Below are positions 55,416-64,000 of a stretch of 64,000 bases of DNA, in pieces (within the stretch, counting starts at the first letter, position 1; each line of letters begins with the position of its first letter). The stretch comes from Bacteroidales bacterium UBA2295. GTDB taxonomy: Bacteria; Bacteroidota; Bacteroidia; Bacteroidales; Tenuifilaceae. The stretch is taken from contig DDWD01000212.1 of assembly GCA_002345825.1 (NCBI GenBank), positions 3,778 to 67,777 on the forward strand, read 5' to 3'. The notes under the pieces were generated by a model, which did no database searches, had not been told where the DNA came from, and saw nothing but the letters and a program-made list of their open reading frames with translations. A program made the position numbers and the translations under genes.

Positions 55416-58307
55416 ATGCGTTACGCCCTGTTTTTGTTTACAATCCTTTTGATATCGGGACAAGCAATTGGCCAGTACTACGTAAGTGGTCAGGAGCCTT
55501 TTCGTTTCAAATGGGAGCAAATTCAGAATGAAAACTTCCGCCTAGTTTTCCAAGAAGGGGCTGACTCTACTGCCACAGTTTTCGAAAAATATATAGATCA
55601 ATCCCTACTACGAGTATCTACAACCCTAAACCATAATCCTAGTAAGTTCTCGGCTGTAATACATAGCAATAGCATCCTATCGAATGGTTTTGTATCGTGG
55701 GCTCCACGCAGAATGGAGGTAATTTCAACCCCATCCCTCGATGCCTCACCAGATCCGTGGCTGCTGCATCTTGCGTTACACGAAACACGGCATGTTGTAC
55801 AACTCGATAAAATTTTTGGGAATAAATATAGAGTTGGAAACCTATTATTCGGAGAGCAAGCCATTGGTTTTAAACTACTGCTAACACCCCTTTGGTTCCT
55901 CGAGGGCGATGCTGTTTTCGCCGAGACAGCTTATTCTAAAGCAGGTAGGGGCAGACAATCTGCATTTTACATACACTACCTTGCTCATATGGCTCAAAAC
56001 GGAGGCTCAAAATATAGCTACGACAAGTGGTTACTGGGTTCTTATAAAGACTACATCCCTAATCATTACAGCTTTGGATATCAGATGGTGGGATACACCA
56101 ACATGAAGTATGGAACTAATGTTTGGAGCAATGCTTTAACCGATGTTTCGCGAAAGCTATTTTTTACTTTTCCATTTTATCGCTCTGTAAAACGAAGCAC
56201 TAAACAATCAACAAAACAACTATTTGCCGAGATAATTCTGTACCACGATTCGCTTTGGCAAACAATTAAAGTTAATGATGAGATAAATATTCATAAACAG
56301 CTTCTTTACAAAAGTTACAAGCATAATAACTTTATTGAATACACCCACCCATATTTAATAAACGACTCAACCTTAATCTCACTAAAAAAATCACTATCCC
56401 AAAGGCCCCAGTTTATTATTGCTAGGTTGAATGACAAATCGGAGAAAAGGATACATACACCAGGCATACTCACTGGGCCAGTAAACTACTCAACCAATCA
56501 AATACTTTGGAGCCAGTATAGTGCTCACCCTCGATGGGAGTACGTTGATTACTCCGAAATCTGGCAATACGATTTAACATTGCAAAAAGCCCAAAGAATT
56601 ACTACCAAAACAAGGTGCTTCAACCCAATTGAATATGCCAATGGCTCCATTGCAGTAATTGAGAATAGTGCTAGGGGTGACTATTTCATCGCCGTAATTG
56701 ACCAACAGGGCAAAAAATTGCATAGCCTAAAAATGCCCAACACCCTTGAGCTAAAAGAGATTTGCAGGGGCGATAACACCGAAATATTTGCCAGATGTGC
56801 ATCGCCTAACGGAATGGTCATACTTAAATATCCTGATATGTATAGCCAACCCGACACAACCTTAGGGCCAATACACAACGATATTTCCAACTTAACCTAC
56901 AATCAAGATTATCTTTACTTCACCAAGACACACAATTACAGAGAGAATATATATGCAATTAATACACTCTCTAACAAAGTATATAGTATTTCAAACTCAA
57001 CATTTGGTTTAAGTAATTTAAGTTATAACAAGCAGCTTGTTGCCAGCGAATTTTCAACCTCGGGCGCATATCCCGTTGTGGTATCCATTGACTCTACATT
57101 TATAGGAACGCTGGAGAAAGAGGAACTACCCCTATTTTTTAGCAAAAACACATATTTGGACTATAACTTGCCACACAATGCTCCCGATCATAATAACCAC
57201 AATAGCGAATATGGTAAGTATGTAAAAGCAAAAAATATTTTCAACATACACAGTTGGGCTCCTATTTATTACAATCCAATGGACCTAATAAACGGAAGCA
57301 CAACAATATACCCAGGGGTTTCTTTTATATCGCAAAACCTAACCAGCACTGTGGTTTCAAGCATAGGATACTCCTACAATAAAACCCACGGAGGGCACGC
57401 CCACATTGAATATATGGGGTGGTATCCAAAAATTATGGCTGGTATAGACTATGGCAATGAGTACTCAGTTATACAGCATGGCCCGCTGGCCCCCAACCTT
57501 ATAAGCTACTCGGACCAACCCAGAGCGAAAGCACAGCTAAGAGTTCGAATACCTTACACCTTTTCGTCTGGGAATATTGTAAGCTCGGCCAACTTGGGGA
57601 TTTCACTAGTCTATAGCAACGATTGGATGTGGAGTTATGCCGATGAGCTCTACCAGAAATGGTATGGCTCACTTGAGCCATACATTTCGTTTTATGCGCT
57701 AACCAGAAAAGCCCATAGGGATATTAGATCCAAATATGGAGTGCAACTATTTGCAGCAACGCTAAGCTCACCAACGAGCAAGGTTCTAGGAAATTCATCG
57801 TTTATTAAAGGTTGGCTTTTCTTGCCTGGTTTGAGCGCAAACCACAGCTTGTTGCTTACGGGGCAGAGCGAGACCCAAACACCACAGCAATACGTTAGAA
57901 CCTTGCGCTACACGCCCGCAAGGGGTTATGACCGATCACTCTCCAAATCGGTTGTAACTGCCTCAATCGATTATACCTTCCCTGCAGCTTATCTAGACAT
58001 AGCAATCGGTCCCGTATTGTATATAAAAAGGTTGGTGGGGAACTTTTTCTACGATAATGCTGTTGAAGACAGGTATATACAGAGCGATAATGGTCTTATT
58101 CCCCAAAGGGAAAGGATACAAACCGTTGGCCTTGATATAACCACCGATTTTCATCTATTTAGAACATCATACCCACTCAATGTTGGTTATAGAGGTGGAT
58201 TCAGGCTAAACGAAGGGACTTTTTTCCATAGCATAATTTTTTCGGCTTCACTCGAAAGTCTTACAGGTTACCTACCTTCGCTGCACAATGCTGTATTTAA
58301 TTTTTAG
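55416..58307 (+). CDS. Large exported protein: N-terminal HExxH domain, central repeat region, C-terminal beta-barrel-like region
   Basis: Signal peptide (..GQAIGQ). LALHETRHVV followed by FLEGDAVFAE, a gluzincin-like H-E-x-x-H..E arrangement. The C-terminal ~350 aa are beta-rich and end with ..NAVFNF. Confidence 0.7.
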   Translation: MRYALFLFTILLISGQAIGQYYVSGQEPFRFKWEQIQNENFRLVFQEGADSTATVFEKYIDQSLLRVSTTLNHNPSKFSAVIHSNSILSNGFVSWAPRRMEVISTPSLDASPDPWLLHLALHETRHVVQLDKIFGNKYRVGNLLFGEQAIGFKLLLTPLWFLEGDAVFAETAYSKAGRGRQSAFYIHYLAHMAQNGGSKYSYDKWLLGSYKDYIPNHYSFGYQMVGYTNMKYGTNVWSNALTDVSRKLFFTFPFYRSVKRSTKQSTKQLFAEIILYHDSLWQTIKVNDEINIHKQLLYKSYKHNNFIEYTHPYLINDSTLISLKKSLSQRPQFIIARLNDKSEKRIHTPGILTGPVNYSTNQILWSQYSAHPRWEYVDYSEIWQYDLTLQKAQRITTKTRCFNPIEYANGSIAVIENSARGDYFIAVIDQQGKKLHSLKMPNTLELKEICRGDNTEIFARCASPNGMVILKYPDMYSQPDTTLGPIHNDISNLTYNQDYLYFTKTHNYRENIYAINTLSNKVYSISNSTFGLSNLSYNKQLVASEFSTSGAYPVVVSIDSTFIGTLEKEELPLFFSKNTYLDYNLPHNAPDHNNHNSEYGKYVKAKNIFNIHSWAPIYYNPMDLINGSTTIYPGVSFISQNLTSTVVSSIGYSYNKTHGGHAHIEYMGWYPKIMAGIDYGNEYSVIQHGPLAPNLISYSDQPRAKAQLRVRIPYTFSSGNIVSSANLGISLVYSNDWMWSYADELYQKWYGSLEPYISFYALTRKAHRDIRSKYGVQLFAATLSSPTSKVLGNSSFIKGWLFLPGLSANHSLLLTGQSETQTPQQYVRTLRYTPARGYDRSLSKSVVTASIDYTFPAAYLDIAIGPVLYIKRLVGNFFYDNAVEDRYIQSDNGLIPQRERIQTVGLDITTDFHLFRTSYPLNVGYRGGFRLNEGTFFHSIIFSASLESLTGYLPSLHNAVFNF

Positions 58308-58345
58308 ATAATGTAGTATACATTAACATAACATACTATAGTATA

Positions 58346-58903
58346 ATGGATCCTAATGAAACGATAAAACAACTTAAGTCAGATCTTCGAAAGGAGATTC
58401 GCCAACGAAAAAAACAAGCGGATTCTTCCGCCATGGATTACGAATCATTAAAAATATTTCAAGATGTTGAACAGCTCGAAGAGTTCAAGAAGGCTAAGGT
58501 AGTTCTTGCCTACTGGTCGATGCCTGATGAGGTTCAAACCCACAACTTTGTAATGAAATGGTACAAGCATAAACAAATATTCCTACCGCTTGTGGTTGGT
58601 GATGTACTTGAACTGCGAGAGTTTAGTGGAATGGAATGCATGCGGGTTGGCCCATCGTTTGGAATTCTGGAACCGCAGGATGGAAAAGCTTACCAAAGCC
58701 AACCCATTGATCTTGCTATTATTCCTGGTGTGGCATTCGACACCAAGAATAACAGAATGGGCCGCGGTAAGGGCTACTACGACAAGCTGCTTAAAACACA
58801 AAATATGTACAAAGTGGGCGTTGCTTTTAGTTTTCAAATGGTTCCATCTGTACCTATCGACTCTTTTGATATCCCTATGGATATGGTTATTTACCCCAAA
58901 TAA
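58346..58903 (+). CDS. 5-formyltetrahydrofolate cyclo-ligase
   Basis: IPGVAFDTKNNRMGRGKGYYDKLL motif. 185 aa. Confidence 0.88.
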   Translation: MDPNETIKQLKSDLRKEIRQRKKQADSSAMDYESLKIFQDVEQLEEFKKAKVVLAYWSMPDEVQTHNFVMKWYKHKQIFLPLVVGDVLELREFSGMECMRVGPSFGILEPQDGKAYQSQPIDLAIIPGVAFDTKNNRMGRGKGYYDKLLKTQNMYKVGVAFSFQMVPSVPIDSFDIPMDMVIYPK

Positions 58904-58913
58904 ATTAGTTACT

Positions 58914-59972
58914 ATGAGAAGATTTTACATCAACATTTTATTTTTATTTATTGCCTCTTTTGCTTGTGCCCAAGCGCCAGATGGATACTACAACACAGCC
59001 CAGGATAAATACGGCGAAGACCTGATGGAGGCGCTACACCTCATCATAAAAGATCATACCGTGCTAAGCTATACTCCTGGAATTTGGAATGCATTTTACG
59101 AAACCGATGTCCGCTCTGATGGAAAGGTATGGGATATGTACTCATCATGCGACTTCACTTTTGGCGACGATCAGGATTCAGGATCGGGAGGAACCGAGGA
59201 GTGTCAATTCTACAATAGGGAGCACTCATTTCCGCGGAGCTGGTTTGGAGGGACAGTTGAACCCATGAATACCGATCTTTTTCATATATACGCTTCGGAC
59301 AAAAAGGTTAATGCAGTTAGAAGCAGCTACCCCTTTGGCGAGGTTGGTACAGCCACTTACACCTCATCGAATGGAAGCAAGTTGGGTTCTTCGTCGTATG
59401 CAGGTTACAGCGGTACAGTTTTCGAGCCTATTGATGAGTACAAAGGCGATTTTGCTCGCACTTATTTTTATATGGCCACACGTTACTACGATCAGATGTA
59501 CACATGGTCCAACGATATAACTAACGGTACTCAGCATCCTGCTTTCGATGATTGGGTGGTAAGTCTGTTGATTGAATGGCACCTTAACGATCCGGTGAGC
59601 GAAAAAGAAATCAATAGAAACAACACTATTTACGAGAATTATCAGCATAACCGCAACCCGTTTATTGATAATCCGGATTTTGTTGAGCGAATATGGGACA
59701 GCCAAGCTTCATCGGATTACACTGAAGCCCCTTATCAAGTTAATATCTTCCCAAATCCTGCTCAGGATAACATCAGCATAACAAGTCCGTATTTGGGTGT
59801 AAACGTAATTGTTATCTATTCAATTGATGGTGGTGAGATAAAAAGGTTTGAAACGGCTAATTACTCTGAACAAATTCAAATACCTGTTGACGATATTGCA
59901 AACGGAATCTACATCGTAGAGATTACGGGTGGTGAAACCAGCCATTCGGTTCGGCTTGTTATCTCCAGATAA
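58914..59972 (+). CDS. Endonuclease I family secreted nuclease with T9SS C-terminal sorting domain
   Basis: Signal peptide MRRFYINILFLFIASFACAQ. Endonuclease I motifs NREHSFPRSWF, DLFHIYASD..VN..R, ARTYFYMATRY and NRNPFIDNP. CTD: VNIFPNPAQDNISIT..GIYIVEITGG.. Start moved to ATG 58914. Confidence 0.85.
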   Translation: MRRFYINILFLFIASFACAQAPDGYYNTAQDKYGEDLMEALHLIIKDHTVLSYTPGIWNAFYETDVRSDGKVWDMYSSCDFTFGDDQDSGSGGTEECQFYNREHSFPRSWFGGTVEPMNTDLFHIYASDKKVNAVRSSYPFGEVGTATYTSSNGSKLGSSSYAGYSGTVFEPIDEYKGDFARTYFYMATRYYDQMYTWSNDITNGTQHPAFDDWVVSLLIEWHLNDPVSEKEINRNNTIYENYQHNRNPFIDNPDFVERIWDSQASSDYTEAPYQVNIFPNPAQDNISITSPYLGVNVIVIYSIDGGEIKRFETANYSEQIQIPVDDIANGIYIVEITGGETSHSVRLVISR

Positions 59973-59996
59973 TCCTAAGTATAAACCCCAGAAACA

Positions 59997-60026
59997 GAAA
60001 AGCCTGGCGTAAACCAGGCTTTTTGT
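59997..60026. terminator. Bidirectional rho-independent terminator between convergent genes
   Basis: AGCCTGG (60001-60007) / CCAGGCT (60014-60020), with an A tract on the 5' side and TTTTT on the 3' side. Confidence 0.75.
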
Positions 60027-60044
60027 TTATCTTATGCTTATCTA

Positions 60045-61052
60045 TTACTTCTGCAAGTTACCATCGTAAGCCCACTTAAGGTAAGTGGCGCCCCAAGTAA
60101 AACCAGCACCAAAGGTTGCAATAATAATGTTATCGCCCTTACGCAACTGTGGCTCCCACTCCCAAAGGCAAAGGGGTATAGTTGCGCTGGTAGTGTTGCC
60201 GTATCGTTCGATATTAATCATTACTTGCTCCTTTTTAATTCCCATACGCTTTGCAGTGGCCTCAATTATACGCATATTGGCTTGGTGTGGTACTAGCCAA
60301 GCAAGCTTCTCGGGAGCAATATTATTCTGCTTCATTATTTGAACAGCGGTGTCGGCCATATGCGAAACAGCTGCTTTGAAAACGGGTTGACCCTCCTGGT
60401 ATATGAAATGCTGGCGCTTAGCAACAGTTTCAGCCGATGCGGGATAGCATGAGCCACCAGCCACCTGGTGTAGATGCTTACGACCCGATCCGTCGACCTG
60501 CATTAGCGAATCCAAAACACCATAGCCTTCCTCTGATGGTTCTAATAGAACTGCACCAGCACCATCGCCAAATATGGGACAGGTTTGCCTGTCGGTGTAA
60601 TCGGTAATTGACGACATTTTATCGGCACCAACCACCACAACCTTTTTATGCGATCCGGTTTCAACAAACTTGGATGCGGTAACTAGAGCATACAAGAAAC
60701 TTGAACAACCAGCATTAATATCGTAACCAAAAGCATTCTTAATCCCACACTTATCGCTAATAATATTTGCGGTAGCGGGGAACTGCATATCGGGTGTTAC
60801 CACGCCACAAATAAGCATATCAACCTCATCGGGGTGGGTGTTTGTCTTGCGCAACAAGTCGTTTACAGCGTGCATTGCCATATGGCTGGTTCCTAAACCC
60901 TCGCTTTTGAGGATTCTACGCTCCTTAATTCCGATACGGGTCATAATCCACTCATCAGTGGTGTCGACCATTTGACTAAGCTCCTGATTGGTGAGAACGT
61001 AATCGGGAACGTAACCGGCTATTCCTGTGATTGCAGCTGTAATTTTTCCCAT
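60045..61052 (-). CDS. fabH: Beta-ketoacyl-ACP synthase III
   Basis: Active-site region NAGCSSFLYAL, then VPHQANMRII and GNTTSATIP. Confidence 0.95.
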   Translation of the reverse strand: MGKITAAITGIAGYVPDYVLTNQELSQMVDTTDEWIMTRIGIKERRILKSEGLGTSHMAMHAVNDLLRKTNTHPDEVDMLICGVVTPDMQFPATANIISDKCGIKNAFGYDINAGCSSFLYALVTASKFVETGSHKKVVVVGADKMSSITDYTDRQTCPIFGDGAGAVLLEPSEEGYGVLDSLMQVDGSGRKHLHQVAGGSCYPASAETVAKRQHFIYQEGQPVFKAAVSHMADTAVQIMKQNNIAPEKLAWLVPHQANMRIIEATAKRMGIKKEQVMINIERYGNTTSATIPLCLWEWEPQLRKGDNIIIATFGAGFTWGATYLKWAYDGNLQK

Positions 61053-61993
61053 TAGTTAAATGCTTCTTTAATTTTACCACATAGGTCTGAGCTGATAACT
61101 GATTTGGTCTGCAAAACCATATTCATTATGGCTTTTGCATTGGAAACTCCATGGCCAATTATCACGGGTGCATTCACACCCAGTATTGGTGTTCCACCAT
61201 AATTCTCGAAGTTGAACATCTCGAAAAATGGATCAGAAATATTACGCTTTCGAATAAGATGATAAAAGGCTTCGGCTTCTTTGAGCACTACGTTACCAAC
61301 AAATCCATCACATACAACAACATCAGCCTTTTTGTTGGAAAAAATCTCGTTACCTTCAACATTCCCAACAAAGTTGAACTGAGTTGAGTCTTTCATGAGC
61401 TCATAGGTGCTTTTGGTTACAAGATTGCCTTTTTCTTCCTCTTCGCCAATATTTAGCAATCCAATGCGTGGATTTTCAATACCAAATATGAGCTTGGCAT
61501 ATATATCTCCAAGAATCCCATACTGGTTAAGCACATCAGGCCTACAGTCGGGATTGATACCTACGTCAAGCAAAAGGTTAAACTTTCCGTCGGCAACAGG
61601 GATATAGCTTGCAATTGCTGGGCGAATAATACCAGCTACCGATTTGATAGTGTACATTGTGCCAACCAGCATTGCGCCGGTGTTCCCTGCGCTGGCAAAG
61701 CCATCTATTTTTTTCTGAGCCAACCAAGAAAAACCAACGGTGATGCTCGAATCGGTTTTCTTGCTGAAAGTTTTTGCGGGGTTTTCTCCCATCCCAATAA
61801 CCTCAGAGCAATGTACAATATCAAAATTGGATTCGTCCACACCCTCATTTTTGAGAATGTGAAGAATCTGCTCTTGATCACCAAATAGAACTATGCGTTC
61901 CTCGGGTAATAGTTGTTTTTGGGCTTCTATGGCACCTTTTACAATAGCATCAGGTGCATAATCTCCACCCATTGCATCTACACCAATCTTCAT
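61052..61993 (-). CDS. plsX: Phosphate acyltransferase
   Basis: MKIGVDAMGGDYAP, SAGNTGA and CDGF.GNV motifs. Its stop overlaps the fabH start (TAATG). Confidence 0.95.
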   Translation of the reverse strand: MKIGVDAMGGDYAPDAIVKGAIEAQKQLLPEERIVLFGDQEQILHILKNEGVDESNFDIVHCSEVIGMGENPAKTFSKKTDSSITVGFSWLAQKKIDGFASAGNTGAMLVGTMYTIKSVAGIIRPAIASYIPVADGKFNLLLDVGINPDCRPDVLNQYGILGDIYAKLIFGIENPRIGLLNIGEEEEKGNLVTKSTYELMKDSTQFNFVGNVEGNEIFSNKKADVVVCDGFVGNVVLKEAEAFYHLIRKRNISDPFFEMFNFENYGGTPILGVNAPVIIGHGVSNAKAIMNMVLQTKSVISSDLCGKIKEAFN

Positions 61994-62039
61994 AAAAGTT
62001 GTTTTTTTTGATTGTAGGAATGGGGAAAATCAGTGGCTG

Positions 62040-62225
62040 CTATGCAGTTACTGTTTTCTCAATTGCTAACTTACCACGGTAGTAACCGCACTCAGGACAA
62101 ACCCTGTGGTACTGGGTGGTTGATCCGCAATTTGAGCATGTTGCAAGAGTTGGTTCTTGTGCTTTGTAATGGGTCCTACGCTTGTTCTTCCTCTGCTTCG
62201 AAATTCTACTCTTTGGATGTGCCAT
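62040..62225 (-). CDS. rpmF: 50S ribosomal protein L32
   Basis: MAHPKSRISKQRKNKRRTHYK, with C..CG....H.VC..CG zinc-ribbon cysteines. Confidence 0.95.
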   Translation of the reverse strand: MAHPKSRISKQRKNKRRTHYKAQEPTLATCSNCGSTTQYHRVCPECGYYRGKLAIEKTVTA

Positions 62226-62259
62226 TTTGGTAATTATTTATTGTTTCGTAAAAAAGTAT

Positions 62260-62838
62260 TTAATTTTTATTGTTCATCAAGTCTTTCAACTTATCCCAGC
62301 GGGAATCGGTATCGGGCTCTTCCTTCTCTTCATCGTTTGGAGCTAACATATTGAGGTGAGTGAGCATTTCGCTATCGCAGTCGTCGGTAGATGTACCGAG
62401 CATACCGTGATATCGCTGGATGGGTATACTTAGGCAAATGCTCTCGTAGATATATTGGCCCAAGGATATTTCGTGTTCGTTGCTACTCACATACAAGATT
62501 TCATCATTGTCGTTCTCACTCTCATCCACAGAATCGGAAATCCTAACAATTAGCTTTCCCTCGAATTGAGTAGGTATTGTGAAGGGCTCTAGGCAACGAT
62601 CGCATTTCACCTCAACATCCCCCTCGATATAAACATCGAGTTCGAGCATATTGCTTAACTTATTGAGAATAACCTCAACACTTAAAGAACCATCGGTTAT
62701 GTCACTCGCTTCAAATTCATCAAATAACGCCTTGTCAACATCGTAACTAAAAACATGCTGACCAACTGCAAGTCCCTTGAATTGAACTAAATATCTATTT
62801 AAAATCTTGCTCACTTCGTCCAAAAAAACATCCCGCAA
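62260..62838 (-). CDS. yceD: YceD/DUF177 family protein
   Basis: Conserved position upstream of rpmF-plsX-fabH, CDRCL motif and acidic C-terminus. The start is uncertain (TTG 62838 or GTG 62814). Confidence 0.8.
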   Translation of the reverse strand: MRDVFLDEVSKILNRYLVQFKGLAVGQHVFSYDVDKALFDEFEASDITDGSLSVEVILNKLSNMLELDVYIEGDVEVKCDRCLEPFTIPTQFEGKLIVRISDSVDESENDNDEILYVSSNEHEISLGQYIYESICLSIPIQRYHGMLGTSTDDCDSEMLTHLNMLAPNDEEKEEPDTDSRWDKLKDLMNNKN

Positions 62839-62908
62839 AGGTAATTAATAATATCAAAACACAAAATCTGTTATGTAAAAGATAGGAATGATGCAGTATT
62901 TTTTAAAA

Positions 62909-64000
62909 CTACTGTTTACTCTGCTTTTTCCTGTCGTGCTCGTTTAGCAATATTTTTCTAATCCTCATCGATTTAGGAGTAATCTCCACATATTCATCTC
63001 CCTGAATGTATTCGAGGGCCTCCTCGAGGCTGAATTTTATGGGTGGGGCCAAAGACACCTTCTCGTCGGCTCCTGATGACCGCATATTGGAAAGTTTTTT
63101 AGACTTGGTTACGTTGATAACCATATCGCCAGCACGACTATTTTCTCCAACTACCTGTCCGGCATACACCTCATCATGCGATTCGATAAAGTACCTTCCC
63201 CTATCCTGTAGCTTGTTTAATGCGTACGCATAGGCAGTTCCACTCTCCATCGCAATCAGGGAGCCATTTTGGCGAAGTTCAATTTCGCCTCGGTATGGTT
63301 CAAACCCTTTGAAACGGTGGGCTATTACAGCTTCACCGGCTGTGGCAGTAAGCAGAATGTTACGCAAACCGATTATTCCTCGGGCAGGAATTTCAAACTC
63401 CAGATGAACCCTATCGGCGCGGCGCTCCATAATTAGCAGACTACCCCGCCGTTGAGTAACCATTTCTATAGCTTTACCAGAAACCTCATCGGGCAAATCG
63501 ATCGTTAGAATCTCAATGGGTTCGCACTTCTCGCCCCCAACCATTTTTATAATTACCTGCGGTTGGCCTACCTGTAGTTCATAGCCCTCACGGCGCATAG
63601 TTTCAATTAGTATGGATAGGTGCAGAACTCCGCGGCCAAAAACGGTAAACGAGTCGGCCGAGTCAGTGGGCAGTACTTTTAAGGCAAGATTTTTTTCTAA
63701 CTCCTTATCGAGGCGATCCTTCAGATGCCGCGATGTAACAAATTTTCCGTCCTTGCCAAAAAAGGGAGAATCGTTAATTGTAAAGAGCATGCTCATGGTA
63801 GGCTCATCCACGGCAATGGAAGGAAGGGCTTCGGGTGTTTCAATATCGGTAACGGTATCGCCAATATCAAACCCATCAATTCCGACTAATGCGCAAATAT
63901 CTCCTGCCACAACCCTCTCAACCTTTAGCTTACCTAACCCCTCGAAGGTAAGAAGCTCCTTTATTTTGCATTTTATAAGCTTACCATTATGCTTGAGTAG
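62909..64000 (-). CDS. typA: Translational GTPase TypA/BipA (C-terminal ~363 codons; 5' end outside the window)
   Basis: The frame stays open to the window edge (..KELLTFEGLGKLKVERVVAGDICALVG..). EF-G-like domains III-V and the BipA C-terminal domain (YVEITPKSMRIRK) are present. Confidence 0.93.
   Translation of the reverse strand, partial: LLKHNGKLIKCKIKELLTFEGLGKLKVERVVAGDICALVGIDGFDIGDTVTDIETPEALPSIAVDEPTMSMLFTINDSPFFGKDGKFVTSRHLKDRLDKELEKNLALKVLPTDSADSFTVFGRGVLHLSILIETMRREGYELQVGQPQVIIKMVGGEKCEPIEILTIDLPDEVSGKAIEMVTQRRGSLLIMERRADRVHLEFEIPARGIIGLRNILLTATAGEAVIAHRFKGFEPYRGEIELRQNGSLIAMESGTAYAYALNKLQDRGRYFIESHDEVYAGQVVGENSRAGDMVINVTKSKKLSNMRSSGADEKVSLAPPIKFSLEEALEYIQGDEYVEITPKSMRIRKILLNEHDRKKQSKQ

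Noticed and set aside
58590-58913. 108-codon N-terminal extension of the Endonuclease I ORF, overlapping the MTHFS gene
   Set aside because: The extension lies in an alternative frame of the well-supported MTHFS gene. A classic signal peptide (MRRFYINILFLFIASFACAQ) begins at ATG 58914, just after the MTHFS stop.

Overview
This is a 64-kb chromosomal segment, most likely from a Bacteroidota (Bacteroidia-like) genome. Three things in the sequence point that way: several genes sit behind TAnnTTTG -7 promoter boxes, two secreted nucleases carry T9SS-type C-terminal sorting domains, and the F-type ATPase operon runs atpB-E-F-H-A-G with no atpD/atpC. All protein calls come from motifs I recognise in the supplied translations; no database search was run. 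Most of the window is housekeeping: deoC-mazG-dtd, hemD, rnpA-yidD, an S41 Ctp protease, the atp operon, a Na/Pi transporter, an MMPL transporter, a polyprenyl synthase, rsgA, an ABC-F ATPase, pepE, SUI1, MTHFS, fabH-plsX-rpmF-yceD, and typA cut off at the window edge. I found no rRNA, tRNA or CRISPR array. The unusual content is as follows. (1) The first 2.3 kb is a dense mosaic of REP-like hairpins around a REP-associated tyrosine transposase (RAYT) gene that is intact except for one in-frame TAG. One REP hairpin is split by a ~320-bp MITE-like palindromic element, which has a second diverged copy at 37.5 kb. Comparing the two copies shows two 21-22-nt GC-rich mini-hairpins inserted right after CGTAGA. 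(2) At 42.2-46.9 kb there is a tight minus-strand operon of three exported proteins of unknown function: a Sec-signal caspase (C14) protein, an outer-membrane beta-barrel and a Kelch-type propeller lipoprotein. A tandem DUF1987/SiaC-like protein lies next to it. (3) A membrane-anchored LytTR regulator is followed by a perfect 19-bp direct repeat with 21-bp period, placed in front of a TonB-dependent-receptor-like gene. (4) An ECF sigma/anti-sigma pair has its AAC-N16-CGTC promoter motif duplicated in front of the downstream OMP gene. (5) Two T9SS nuclease cargos flank a 963-aa HExxH/beta-barrel protein. Several ORF-track starts were moved downstream to ATG codons that follow promoter boxes or begin signal peptides.
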